NCBI RefSeq assembly: GCF_000017305.1
Contig: NC_009664.2
Span: 1,650,001 to 1,682,000, forward strand
Direction: 5' to 3'
DNA length: 32,000 nt
Source of the DNA: Kineococcus radiotolerans SRS30216 = ATCC BAA-149
GTDB taxonomy: Bacteria > Actinomycetota > Actinomycetes > Actinomycetales > Kineococcaceae
Shown here: one piece after another, positions 9,064 to 17,074 of the stretch
How the letters are laid out: the number at the start of each line of letters is the position of its first letter
Position numbering within the stretch: position 1 is the stretch's first letter
Program-made: the position numbers and the translations under genes
The notes under the pieces: model-generated
Seen by the model: only the letters and a program-made list of their open reading frames with translations
What the model was told of the DNA's origin: nothing
Databases searched by the model: none

Positions 9064-9201
9064 TCAACGCCCCCGCCGCGCCCGGACCTCCGCCGCCGCG
9101 CGCTCGACCAGCGCCACGAGGTGGGTCACCACCCACCGGCCGGCCTCGCGCTCGGCGTCGGTCGGGCCCGCGGGGCCGCGCGGGTGCGCCCACCCGGCGA
9201 C
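9064..9201 (-). pseudogene. possible gene remnant or small ORF: coding-like codon periodicity without a usable start
   Basis: Minus frame ending at TGA 9066-9064 reads ...VAGWAHPRGPAGPTDAEREAGRWVVTHLVALVERAAAEVRARRGR*. By my count, the 20 A/T bases in these 45 codons are distributed 4/15/1 over codon positions 1/2/3. The only start codons are the tandem GTGs, which give a 22-aa peptide. The region lies between the hemB stop and the galM promoter. Confidence 0.25.
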
Positions 9202-9202
9202 G

Positions 9203-10183
9203 TCAGCCCAGCCAGTCCCGCGCCGCTTCCAGCGCCCAGTAGCTGAGGACGATCTGCGCCCCGCCCCGGCGCAGCGCCAGCAGCGACTCCAGCGCGACGC
9301 GCTCGCGGTCCACCGCCCCGGCCTGCGCGGCGAACTCGACCATCGCGTACTCCCCGGACACCTGGTAGCTGGCCACCGGGACGTCGGCGACGTCGGCGAC
9401 CGCGCGCAGCACGTCGAGGTAGGGCAGGCCCGGCTTCACCATGACCATGTCGGCGCCCTCGTCGAGGTCGAGGCGCACCTCGCGCAGCGCCTCGGCGACG
9501 TTGGCCGCCGGGTCCTGCTGGTAGGTGCGGCGGTCGCCCTTCAGCTGCGAGTTCACCGCCTCGCGGAAGGGGCCGTAGAAGCCGCTGGCGTACTTCACCG
9601 CGTAGGCGAACAGCGCGACGTCGTCGAAGCCGGCGGAGTCCAGCGCCTCGCGCAGGACCCCGATCTGGCCGTCCATCATCCCGCTGGGCCCCAGCACGTG
9701 GGCGCCCGCGGTGGACTGGGCCAGGGCCATCGAGGCGTAGCGCTCCAGCGTCGCGTCGTTGTCGACGCGGCCGCGGGAGTCCAGCACCCCGCAGTGGCCG
9801 TGGTCGGTGAACTCGTCCAGGCACAGGTCGGCCATGACGACGAGGTCGTCGCCGACGGCGTCACGGACGTCCTTCAGCGCGACGTTGAGGATGCCGTCGG
9901 GGTCGTCGGCCCCGGAGCCGACCGCGTCGAGCTCCTCGGGGACCCCGAACAGCATGATCCCACCCAGACCGGCCGCGAGGGCCTCCCGCGCCACCGCCAC
10001 CAGCGAGGCCCGGGTGTGCTGCACGACCCCGGGCAGGGTGCGGATCGGCTGCGGCGCACCGATCCCCTCGCGCACGAACACCGGCAGGACGAGGTCCCCC
10101 GGGTGCAGGTGCACGTCGGTCACCAGCCGGCGCATCGCCGGGGTGGCGCGCAGGCGGCGCGGACGGATCGGCAACTGCACCAC
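9203..10183 (-). CDS. hemB: porphobilinogen synthase (delta-aminolevulinic acid dehydratase)
   Basis: In-frame GTG at 10183 inside the composite ORF 9203..12595. GGGGGAG lies 5 nt upstream. Product: [21 protein letters not shown]...[14 protein letters not shown]...[11 protein letters not shown]...[16 protein letters not shown]...[10 protein letters not shown]...YQVSGEYAM. Confidence 0.93.
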   Translation of the reverse strand: MVQLPIRPRRLRATPAMRRLVTDVHLHPGDLVLPVFVREGIGAPQPIRTLPGVVQHTRASLVAVAREALAAGLGGIMLFGVPEELDAVGSGADDPDGILNVALKDVRDAVGDDLVVMADLCLDEFTDHGHCGVLDSRGRVDNDATLERYASMALAQSTAGAHVLGPSGMMDGQIGVLREALDSAGFDDVALFAYAVKYASGFYGPFREAVNSQLKGDRRTYQQDPAANVAEALREVRLDLDEGADMVMVKPGLPYLDVLRAVADVADVPVASYQVSGEYAMVEFAAQAGAVDRERVALESLLALRRGGAQIVLSYWALEAARDWLG

Positions 10184-10212
10184 GGGAACTCCCCCTGTCG
10201 GGTGACGGGACG

Positions 10213-12036
10213 TCAGCGCGCCCGGCGGCGCGCGGACGACTTCTTCTGGCTGGGCCGCAGCACGGGTTCGCCGGCCTCGACGGCCGCCGCCCGCAGCCCC
10301 TGGCCGAACCCGGCGAGGGCGTCGACGAGGGCGTCCGCGCTGGGCTCGGGAGCGAGCACGTCGACCCGCAGGCCGTGCTCCTCGGCGGTCTTCGCCGTGG
10401 CGGGCCCGATGCAGGCCACGACCGTGGAGGGGTGCGGCTTGCCCGCGATCCCGACGAGGTTGCGCACCGTGGAGCTGGAGGTGAACACCACCGCGTCGAA
10501 GGCGCCGGTCTTGATGGCGTCGCGCACCGGCGCGGCCGGCGGGGCCGCCCGCACCGTCCGGTAGGCCGTGACGTCGTCGACCTCCCAGCCGTTCTCCTGC
10601 AGGCCCGCGACGAGGGTGTCGGTGGCGATGTCGGCGCGCGGCAGGAACACCCGGTTGATCGGGTCGAGCACGTCGTCGTAGGGCGGCCACGCCTCCAGCA
10701 GCCCCGAGGCCGACTGCTCGCCCTCGGGCACGAGGTCCGGTTCGATCCCCCACTCGCGCAGCGCGTCCGCGGTGACCCCGCCGACGGCGGCGACCTTGAG
10801 GCCGGAGAACGCACGCGCGTCGAGGCCGTACTCGGTGAACTTCTCCCGCACGGCCCGCACGGCGTTGACCGAGGTGAACCCGATCCACTCGTAGCGCCCG
10901 GTCACCAGCCCCTTGACCGCCTTCTCCATCTGCTGCGGCGTGCGCGGCGGCTCCACGGAGATGGTCGGGACGACCTCGGCGGTGGCGCCGTGGTCGGACA
11001 GCTTCGCGGTGACCCCGCCGGCCTGCTCCTTGGTGCGCGGCACCAGGACGCGCCAGCCGAACAGCGGCTTCGTCTCGTACCAGCTGCCCTGCTCGCGCAG
11101 CGCGACGACGTCGCCGACGACGGCCGTCGTCGGGGACCCGTCGAGGGCGGCGGCGAGGGGTTCGAGCTCCCCCAGCGTCGTCGTCGTCGTGGACTGGGTG
11201 GTCGTGGTGCCGTGGGAGGTGACCGCGACCGGCGTCGAGGCCGCCCGGCCCGCGCCGAGCAGCCCGGCCGCGGCGGCGGCGATGTCGTCGCCGGTGCCGA
11301 GGACCACGACGGTGGCGTCCTTGTCGGCGTGGCGCGACCAGTCCAGGGACCGGCCCGCGGGGTGCACGACGTTGACGCTGGAGGTGGAGCCGGTGGTCAT
11401 CGGCACCCCGGCGTAGGCCGGCACCGCGTTGACGACCGAGACCCCGGGGACGACGTCGAAGGACACCCCGGCCTTGCGGCAGGCGGCGATCTCGTCGGCC
11501 AGGCCGGTGAAGGTGGAGGCGTCGCCGTCCATGAGGCGCACGACGTGACCGCCGGCCTTGGCCGCCTTCACGACGAGCTTGGCCCGCGCGGCGCGGGTCA
11601 GGGGCTGCCCGTCGTCGCCGAAGCCGGCGTCGAGCACCTCCACGCCGTCGCGGCCGTAGCGGGCGGGGAGGTCCTCGCGGCTGGTCTGGTCGAGGACGAC
11701 GACGTCCGCGGCGGCGAGCAGGTCGACCGCGCGCACGGTCAGCAGACCCGGGTCGCCGGGTCCGGCCCCGACGAAGGACACGTGCCCGAGGGTCTTCCCG
11801 GCCTTCGCGGTCCGCTCCGACCCGGGGCTGCGCAGGGACTTGCCCGACCGGCCGGAGCGCTTGGCCCCGGCCTGCTCCGGGACGGCGTCGCGCCCCTCCT
11901 CGGCCACGGTCACCTCGGTGAGGACGCTCACCTCGGGCGCCTGGGGGGCGACGGGGGTCCCGGTGGTGACCTCGAGGGTCGCCTCCGGTGCCTGCGCCGC
12001 CCCGGCGACCAGGGGGCTGTTCGTCATCGTGCTCAC
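10213..12036 (-). CDS. hemD: bifunctional uroporphyrinogen-III C-methyltransferase / uroporphyrinogen-III synthase (CobA-HemD fusion)
   Basis: C-terminal part of ORF 10213..13110. The SUMT motif [13 protein letters not shown] is followed by a HemD domain ([13 protein letters not shown]...[11 protein letters not shown]). The GTG at 12036 has GGAGAG 6 nt upstream and a GTGA overlap with the hemC stop. The ATG at 12027 (MTNSPL...) is the alternative start. About 80 aa of low-complexity N-terminal extension. Confidence 0.88.
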   Translation of the reverse strand: MSTMTNSPLVAGAAQAPEATLEVTTGTPVAPQAPEVSVLTEVTVAEEGRDAVPEQAGAKRSGRSGKSLRSPGSERTAKAGKTLGHVSFVGAGPGDPGLLTVRAVDLLAAADVVVLDQTSREDLPARYGRDGVEVLDAGFGDDGQPLTRAARAKLVVKAAKAGGHVVRLMDGDASTFTGLADEIAACRKAGVSFDVVPGVSVVNAVPAYAGVPMTTGSTSSVNVVHPAGRSLDWSRHADKDATVVVLGTGDDIAAAAAGLLGAGRAASTPVAVTSHGTTTTQSTTTTTLGELEPLAAALDGSPTTAVVGDVVALREQGSWYETKPLFGWRVLVPRTKEQAGGVTAKLSDHGATAEVVPTISVEPPRTPQQMEKAVKGLVTGRYEWIGFTSVNAVRAVREKFTEYGLDARAFSGLKVAAVGGVTADALREWGIEPDLVPEGEQSASGLLEAWPPYDDVLDPINRVFLPRADIATDTLVAGLQENGWEVDDVTAYRTVRAAPPAAPVRDAIKTGAFDAVVFTSSSTVRNLVGIAGKPHPSTVVACIGPATAKTAEEHGLRVDVLAPEPSADALVDALAGFGQGLRAAAVEAGEPVLRPSQKKSSARRRAR

Positions 12037-13013
12037 GAGCCACTCTCCGGATCGGGACGAGGACCGTCGACCGGACGGTCCTGGGGGTGGTTCTCCTGGG
12101 CTCCGCCGCCCACGGCGACGGGGGTCTGTGCGAGCTCGTGCTCGAGGAGGTCCGCGGCGACCGAGGCGCCGAGGCGGCGCGCGGCCCCCTCGTCGTCCAG
12201 GCCGGCGGCGGGCACCGCGCGGCGCACCAGCGCCCCGTCGGGGTCCTCGACGGCGACGTGCAGGACCCCGCCCGCCGCGTGGGCGCCCACGGGGGCCGAG
12301 CAGCCGGCCTCCAGCGAGGCCAGCACCTGCCGCTCGGCGGCGACGGCCCACCGCACCGCGGGCACGTCGAGGGCCGCCAGGGCGGCGAGCACCTCGGCGT
12401 CGTCGGCGCGGCACTCCACGGCCAGCGCCCCCTGCCCGGGGGCGGGGACGAACACCTCGGGGGCGAACAGCTCGCTCGCCTCGTGCAGGCGGCCGGTGCG
12501 GGCCAGGCCGGCGGCGGCGAGCACGACCGCGTCGAGCTCCCCGCCGGTGGCGAAGCCGATGCGGGTGTCGACGTTGCCGCGCACGGCGACCACATCGAGG
12601 TCGGGGCGCAGCGCGAGCAGCAGCGCGCGCCGGCGCGGGGACCCGGTGCCGACGCGGGCCCCGCGCGGCAGGTCGGCCAGCGTCGCGCCGCCGGCGGCGA
12701 CGAGGACGTCGCGCGGGTCCTCGCGCCCGGGGACCGCGGCCAGCGCCAGCCCGTCGGCCGCGCTCGTGGGCAGGTCCTTGAGGGAGTGCACGGCGAGGTC
12801 GACCTCGCCGGCCAGCAGCGCGTCGCGCAGCGCGGAGACGAAGACCCCGGTGCCGCCGATCTGGGCCAGCGGGGCGCGGTCGACGTCGCCGCGGGTGGTG
12901 ATCTCCACCAGTTCGACCGGGGAGCCGCCGCGGCGCAGCAGGTCGGCGACCCAGGAGCTCTGGGTCGTGGCGAGCGCGCTGCGGCGGGTGCCCAGGCGCA
13001 GCGGACGGGTCAC
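12033..13013 (-). CDS. hemC: hydroxymethylbilane synthase (porphobilinogen deaminase)
   Basis: In-frame GTG at 13013 inside ORF 12033..14027. Product: [26 protein letters not shown]...[31 protein letters not shown]...GTGSPRRRA...RGNVDTR...[13 protein letters not shown]...[14 protein letters not shown] overlap with the hemA stop. Confidence 0.93.
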   Translation of the reverse strand: MTRPLRLGTRRSALATTQSSWVADLLRRGGSPVELVEITTRGDVDRAPLAQIGGTGVFVSALRDALLAGEVDLAVHSLKDLPTSAADGLALAAVPGREDPRDVLVAAGGATLADLPRGARVGTGSPRRRALLLALRPDLDVVAVRGNVDTRIGFATGGELDAVVLAAAGLARTGRLHEASELFAPEVFVPAPGQGALAVECRADDAEVLAALAALDVPAVRWAVAAERQVLASLEAGCSAPVGAHAAGGVLHVAVEDPDGALVRRAVPAAGLDDEGAARRLGASVAADLLEHELAQTPVAVGGGAQENHPQDRPVDGPRPDPESGS

Positions 13014-14338
13014 GACACGTGGCCCACGGCGTCGGCGACGGTCCCCGACAGCGGGGCGTCCCCGGGCAGCGCGCCGCCCTGGGCGGTGACCTCGAGGTCG
13101 AAGAGCGCACGCAGGGCCGCGGCGTAGCCGACGCCGCCGGGGGCCTCGGCGAGCTCCTTCACCCGCACGGTCGGGGTGTGCAGGAGCTTCTCGACGATGC
13201 GGTGCACGGCGCGGTCGACCTCCGAGCGGGTCGTGTCGTCGAGGTCGACGCGGCTGGCGAGCCGGCGCATCTCGACCTCGACGACGTGGCGGGCCTGGGC
13301 CCGCAGGGCCACGACCGTGGGCGCGACGTCGGCGGCCCGCAGCGAGGCGGCGTGCGCCGCGACCTCCTCGGCCACGATGGCGCGCACCGCGCGCAGGTCC
13401 TGCGCCACGGCCGAGCTGGCGAGGTCCGCGCCGAGGCCCTCGAGGTCGACGAGGTGGGCCCCGCGCAGCGTCGCGACGTCGGGGTGGACGTCGCGCGGCA
13501 GGGCGAGGTCGGCCAGGAACAGCGGCCGCTCGGGGCGGTCGAGCAGGGCGCTGGCCACGGTGGCGACGTCCAGGACGTGCCCGACGGCGCCGGTGCAGCT
13601 GACGACGAGGTCGGCGGCGGCGACCTCGGCGCGCAGGTCGTCCAGGCCGGTGGCCCGCCCGCCGACGGCGGCGGCCAGGCGCTGCGCGCGGTCGGGGGTG
13701 CGGTTGGCGACGACGACGTCGAGGCCGGCGCGGGCCAGCGTCGTGGCGACGAGGGCGCTCATGGCGCCGGCGCCCACGACGAGGGCGCGGCGCCCGGGCA
13801 GCTCCCCCACGACCCCGGCGGCGCGGGTCATCGCGGTGTCGACGAGCGAGGCGCCGGCGGCGTCCAGCCGGGTCTCGGAGTGGGCGCGCTTGCCCACCCG
13901 CAACGCGGTCTGCAGCAGCCGGTCCAGCGTGCCGCCGGCCAGCCCGCGCTCGTGCAGGCCGCGCAGGGCGAGGCGGAGCTGGCCGAGGATCTGGCTCTCG
14001 CCGACCGCCATGGAGTCCAGCCCGCACGCCACCTTGAACAGGTGCTCGACGCCGGCGTCCTCGTAGTGGACGTAGAGCTGGTCGCCGAGCTCGTCCAGGC
14101 CCCGCCCGATCCGGCGGCAGAGCACGTCGCCGATGTCGGCGACGCCGCCGTGGAAGCGGGAGACGTCGCAGTACAGCTCGACGCGGTTGCAGGTGGAGAG
14201 GACGAAGGCCTCCTCCACGTGCGGGGAGGCGGTGAGGGCCCGCAGGACCTCCTCGGCGCCCCGGGCGTCGAACGCGGCGCGCTCGAGGACCTCCAGGGAG
14301 GCGGTGCGGTGGGAGAGGCCCACGACCATGAGCGCCAC
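13010..14338 (-). CDS. hemA: glutamyl-tRNA reductase
   Basis: 442-aa ORF with GTG start: MALMVVGLSHRTASLEVLERAAF...LSTCNRVELY...GESQILGQ...VVGAGAMS. GGAGGTGG lies 5 nt upstream, within the rex 3' end. The start directly abuts the rex stop. Confidence 0.95.
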   Translation of the reverse strand: MALMVVGLSHRTASLEVLERAAFDARGAEEVLRALTASPHVEEAFVLSTCNRVELYCDVSRFHGGVADIGDVLCRRIGRGLDELGDQLYVHYEDAGVEHLFKVACGLDSMAVGESQILGQLRLALRGLHERGLAGGTLDRLLQTALRVGKRAHSETRLDAAGASLVDTAMTRAAGVVGELPGRRALVVGAGAMSALVATTLARAGLDVVVANRTPDRAQRLAAAVGGRATGLDDLRAEVAAADLVVSCTGAVGHVLDVATVASALLDRPERPLFLADLALPRDVHPDVATLRGAHLVDLEGLGADLASSAVAQDLRAVRAIVAEEVAAHAASLRAADVAPTVVALRAQARHVVEVEMRRLASRVDLDDTTRSEVDRAVHRIVEKLLHTPTVRVKELAEAPGGVGYAAALRALFDLEVTAQGGALPGDAPLSGTVADAVGHVS

Positions 14339-15121
14339 TCAGACCACCTCCCCGACCCGGTCGAGGACCGGCCCGGTCGCCCCCAGGGCGGGGCGCCGGC
14401 TCCGCTGCAGGGCGGGCACGGACGTCGTGGCGGTGGGGGCGGGAGCGGTGGGGGCCGGAGCCGCCGCGGTGGAGCGGACGGCCCGGCGCTGCGCGTGGAA
14501 GGCGAGGATCTGGAGCTCCGAGGCGAGGTCGACCTTGCGCACGTCCACGTCGGCGGGGACGCGCAGCACGGTGGGGGCGAAGTTCAGCACGCTGGTGACC
14601 CCGGCGGCGACGAGCCGGTCGCAGACGACCTGCGCGTGCTCGGCGGGGACGGCGAGGACTCCGATGGTGGGCTCCCCGGGGCGCAGGACCGAGGGGAGGT
14701 CGTCCAGGGGGCGGACGGGCAGGCCGCTGACGACCTCGCCCACGACGTGGGCGCCGTCGTCGAAGAGCCCGACGACGCGGAACCCGCGGGAGGCGAACCC
14801 GCCGTAGCCGGCGAGGGCGTGACCGAGGTTGCCGATCCCGACGATGACGACGTTCCAGCTGGTCGTCTGGCCGAGGTGGTCGGCGATCTGGCGGTGGAGC
14901 TGCTCGACGTCGTAGCCGACGCCGCGGGTGCCGTAGCTGCCCAGGTGGGAGAGGTCCTTGCGCAGCTTGGCCGAGCCGACGCCGACGGCGTCGGCGAGCG
15001 CCTCCGAGGACACGGTCCGCAGACCCGCCTCGGCGAGCGTCGAGAGGGCCCGCAGGTACTGCGGCAGGCGCGCCACGGTCGCTTCGGGGACGTCGACCGT
15101 CCCCACCTCGTCCTCGTCCAC
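14339..15121 (-). CDS. rex: redox-sensing transcriptional repressor Rex
   Basis: 260-aa ORF with GTG start: ...PEATVARLPQYLRALSTL...VSSEALADAVGVGSAKLRKDLSHLGSYGTRGVGYDV...VVIVGIGNLGHALAGYGGFASRGFRVV...LNFAP...VRKVDLASELQILAFH. The Ala/Pro/Thr-rich C-terminal tail is partly encoded by an imperfect 15-bp duplication near 14430-14459. Confidence 0.93.
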   Translation of the reverse strand: MDEDEVGTVDVPEATVARLPQYLRALSTLAEAGLRTVSSEALADAVGVGSAKLRKDLSHLGSYGTRGVGYDVEQLHRQIADHLGQTTSWNVVIVGIGNLGHALAGYGGFASRGFRVVGLFDDGAHVVGEVVSGLPVRPLDDLPSVLRPGEPTIGVLAVPAEHAQVVCDRLVAAGVTSVLNFAPTVLRVPADVDVRKVDLASELQILAFHAQRRAVRSTAAAPAPTAPAPTATTSVPALQRSRRPALGATGPVLDRVGEVV

Positions 15122-15196
15122 AGCGGTCAGACCCGCACCCTCGTACGTGTTGCTCCGGCTCCGGGAGGACCCCGGAACTCTCGGTCGTGCGCCAGC

Positions 15197-15202
15197 AGAC
15201 TA
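15197..15202 (-). promoter_or_regulatory. candidate -10 box TAGTCT for the rex-hem operon
   Basis: The minus strand reads TTGTGCAAGGCTTCACAA-gagcc-TAGTCT. This fits TAnnnT, 5 nt downstream of the Rex operator and about 75 nt upstream of the rex GTG. Confidence 0.45.
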
Positions 15203-15207
15203 GGCTC

Positions 15208-15225
15208 TTGTGAAGCCTTGCACAA
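15208..15225. promoter_or_regulatory. Rex operator (ROP)
   Basis: TTGTGAAGCCTTGCACAA compared with the published Rex consensus TTGTGAA-N4-TTCACAA. It is an 18-bp inverted repeat with one deviation (TTGCACAA). It lies in the only sizeable non-coding stretch upstream of rex, abutting the candidate -10 box. A rex-hemACD operon with a ROP site is described for Streptomyces coelicolor. Confidence 0.8.
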
Positions 15226-15306
15226 AGTCGTGCGGCCCCGGCGTGACCAGGACCACGTCCCGCCTGAGCTGCACCGACGCAGGAAGGTCCACCTCACCTC
15301 GCCGCC

Positions 15307-15618
15307 TCACCCGCGTCCGCGCCGCCACCACCGCCGCCCGCCCAGGGCGTCGCGCAGGCGCTGCGCGTCCAGCCGGCCGAAGTCCCGCTCGACGCCGTCG
15401 AGGAGCACCACGGGGACCTTGTCGGAGTAGCGCCGCAGCAGCTCGGCGTCGGCGTCCACGTCGACCTCGGCCCACGTCGTCCCGGTGGCGGCGGCGACGT
15501 CGCGCACGACCTCGCGGCCCTCGTCGCACAGGTGGCAGCCCACCCGGGAGACGAGGACCAGCCGCGGCCGGACCCCGGCTCCGGGCCCCGCCCCTCCCCC
15601 TGACGCAGCGTCCACCAC
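15307..15618 (-). CDS. glutaredoxin-like protein (CxxC; Rv0508/DUF836-like)
   Basis: 103-aa ORF with tandem GTG starts at 15618 and 15615. Product: ...RPRLVLVSRVGCHLCDEGREVVRDVAAATGTTWAEVDVDADAELLRRYSDKVPVVLLDG. AAGGTGG SD-like sequence upstream. Located upstream of rex, as in mycobacterial synteny. Confidence 0.8.
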   Translation of the reverse strand: MVDAASGGGAGPGAGVRPRLVLVSRVGCHLCDEGREVVRDVAAATGTTWAEVDVDADAELLRRYSDKVPVVLLDGVERDFGRLDAQRLRDALGGRRWWRRGRG

Positions 15619-15656
15619 CGCTCACCCACCTTCCCGTCGAGAGCCCGCCGCGGGCC

Positions 15657-15662
15657 TACGAT
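15657..15662 (+). promoter_or_regulatory. candidate -10 box TACGAT giving a leaderless transcript for the HAD hydrolase gene
   Basis: TACGAT-gcccgc-GTG: a TAnnnT hexamer exactly 6 nt before the start codon, with no SD sequence. Confidence 0.4.
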
Positions 15663-15668
15663 GCCCGC

Positions 15669-16448
15669 GTGCCCACTGCCGTGCCGCCCGCCCCGCCTGC
15701 GGTGCAGGCGGCGTTCTTCGACCTCGACAACACCCTGGTGCGCGGGGCCACCCTGTTCTACTTCGCCCGCGGCCTGGCCGCGCGCGGGTTCTTCTCCCGG
15801 CGCGAGCTGCAGCGCTTCGCCCGGCGGGCGCTGCGCTTCGCGGTGCGGGGAGAGCACCTGGGGCACCTCGTCGAGGCCCGCGACCTGGCCCTGGCCTTCG
15901 TCGCGGGGCACGAGACCGCGACGATCCGCCAGATCGGCGAGGAGGTCTACGACGAGCACGTGGAGGCCCGGGTGAGCGCGGGGGCCCGGGAGCTGGCCCA
16001 CCGCCACCTGGCCGCGGGCGCCGCGGTCTGGCTGGTGACGGCCGCCCCGGTGGAGATGGCCGACGTGGTGGCCCGCCGCCTGGGGCTGACCGGCGCGCTG
16101 GGGACGGTCGCGGAGTCCGAGGACGGCGTCTACACCGGCCGGCTGGTGGGCGAACCGCTGCACGGGCAGGCCAAGGCCGACGCGGTGCGGGCGCTGGCCG
16201 AGCGCGACGGGTTCGACCTGGCCCGGTGCGCGGCCTACTCCGACTCCGCCAACGACCTGCCGCTGCTGATGATGGTGGGGCGGCCCGTCGTGGTGAACCC
16301 CGACCGCGCCCTGCGCCGGCACGCCGCCGCCCGCGGCTGGCCCGTGCACGAGTTCCGCCCCTGGCGCCACGCGGTGCGCTGGACGGCTCGGGCCGGGGCG
16401 GCGGGGGTGGGGGCCGTCGCGGTGGTGGGGCTGCTGCGCCGGCGCTGA
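15669..16448 (+). CDS. HAD-IB family hydrolase (SerB1/phosphoserine phosphatase-like)
   Basis: In-frame GTG at 15669 inside the composite ORF 15210..16448. Product: VPTAVPPAPPAVQAAFFDLDNTLVRGATLFYFARGL...WLVTAAP...YSDSANDLPLL. It has the DxDxT motif, a HAD-IB cap and a hydrophobic C-terminal segment. Confidence 0.85.
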   Translation: MPTAVPPAPPAVQAAFFDLDNTLVRGATLFYFARGLAARGFFSRRELQRFARRALRFAVRGEHLGHLVEARDLALAFVAGHETATIRQIGEEVYDEHVEARVSAGARELAHRHLAAGAAVWLVTAAPVEMADVVARRLGLTGALGTVAESEDGVYTGRLVGEPLHGQAKADAVRALAERDGFDLARCAAYSDSANDLPLLMMVGRPVVVNPDRALRRHAAARGWPVHEFRPWRHAVRWTARAGAAGVGAVAVVGLLRRR

Positions 16449-16477
16449 CGGGCGCGGGCGGGGCCCCGGACGCACGG

Positions 16478-16509
16478 AGGGCGGGCCTCCCCCGGGGGAG
16501 ACCCGCCCT
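16478..16509. terminator. hairpin between convergent HAD hydrolase and bS22 genes (candidate bidirectional terminator)
   Basis: agggcgggcctccc-ccgg-gggagacccgccct: a 14-bp stem with one mismatch and a 4-nt loop. Confidence 0.5.
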
Positions 16510-16526
16510 GCGCGCGTGAGCTCAGC

Positions 16527-16625
16527 TCACTTCTTGTTGCGGCGCTGGTGGCGCGTGCGGCGAAGCAGCTTGCGGTGCTTCTTCTTCGCCATGCGCTTGC
16601 GACGCTTCTTGATGACAGAGCCCAA
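16527..16625 (-). CDS. 30S ribosomal protein bS22 (AURKAIP1/COX24-domain small protein, 32 aa)
   Basis: TTG at 16625, in frame within ORF 16527..16745, gives (M)[31 protein letters not shown]. This is nearly identical to the mycobacterial bS22 sequence [33 protein letters not shown] as I recall it. GAGGAC lies 3-4 nt upstream. The alternative GTG at 16640 would add 5 residues. Synteny with the proC and Rv0500A-like genes matches Rv0500/0500A/0500B. Confidence 0.8.
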   Translation of the reverse strand: [32 protein letters not shown]

Positions 16626-16750
16626 GGGGTCCTCGCTCACTTCGTGTCGGCTGGTGCTGTGTGTCGACGCGGCCCGCGGCACCTCCGCAGACGGACTGCG
16701 GCGGGACCCCCGGCCGGACGACGTGCCGCTCGCGCGGCAGACCACCGTCG

Positions 16751-16756
16751 AGTCTA
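16751..16756 (-). promoter_or_regulatory. candidate -10 box TAGACT upstream of the bS22 gene
   Basis: The minus strand reads ...gggggaccgcTAGACTcgacgg. It fits TAnnnT, has no convincing -35, and would give a leader of about 120 nt. Confidence 0.25.
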
Positions 16757-16813
16757 GCGGTCCCCCGGGACGGCCCCGCCCCGCGCGGCCCCGCCAGTGG
16801 GGGTCCGGACGAC

Positions 16814-16844
16814 GGGCGGGGCGACGGGGAGGGCGGGGAGGGGG
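16814..16844 (+). other. G-quadruplex-type motif (six G-runs of at least 3) on the template strand between the HTH and bS22 genes
   Basis: gggcggggcgacggggagggcggggaggggg: G3-5 runs separated by 1-4 nt loops. Confidence 0.4.
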
Positions 16845-16867
16845 CGGCGCGGTGCCGTCGGCGCGGC

Positions 16868-17074
16868 TCAGGCGGTGTCGATGAAGGACTGGCGGAGGTA
16901 CTCGTGGACGGCGGCCTCGGGCACCCGGAAGGAGCGCCCCACCCGCACCGCGGGCAGCTCCCCGTTGTGCACCAGCCGGTACACCGTCATCTTCGACACG
17001 CGCATCATCGACGCGACCTCGGCCACGGTCAGGAACCGGACCTCGGAGAGCGGGCGGTCCTCAGGCATCCCCAC
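16868..17074 (-). CDS. small helix-turn-helix DNA-binding protein (excisionase/MerR-like; Rv0500A-like)
   Basis: 68-aa ORF: (M)GMPEDRPLSEVRFLTVAEVASMMRVSKMTVYRLVHNGELPAVRVGRSFRVPEAAVHEYLRQSFIDTA. Start is GTG 17074 or ATG 17068. GAAGGG lies upstream. Confidence 0.85.
   Translation of the reverse strand: MGMPEDRPLSEVRFLTVAEVASMMRVSKMTVYRLVHNGELPAVRVGRSFRVPEAAVHEYLRQSFIDTA

Noticed and set aside
16626-16745. N-terminal 40 residues of the listed 72-aa ORF containing bS22 (MVCRASGTSSGRGSRRSPSAEVPRAASTHSTSRHEVSEDP).
   Set aside because: This part resembles nothing in bS22. The conserved protein begins at the TTG at 16625 with its own SD-like GAGGAC, and the known family members are about 32-33 aa.
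16757-16867. In-frame continuation after the HTH gene stop (AAPTAPRRPLPALPVAPPVVRTPTGGAARGGAVPGDR*), which could suggest stop-codon readthrough or a truncated C-terminus.
   Set aside because: The strand is simply C-rich, so any frame gives Pro/Ala-rich text. The distribution of the 14 A/T bases over codon positions (4/8/2) is not significant by my rough chi-square (p about 0.13). Homologous HTH proteins end at about this length.
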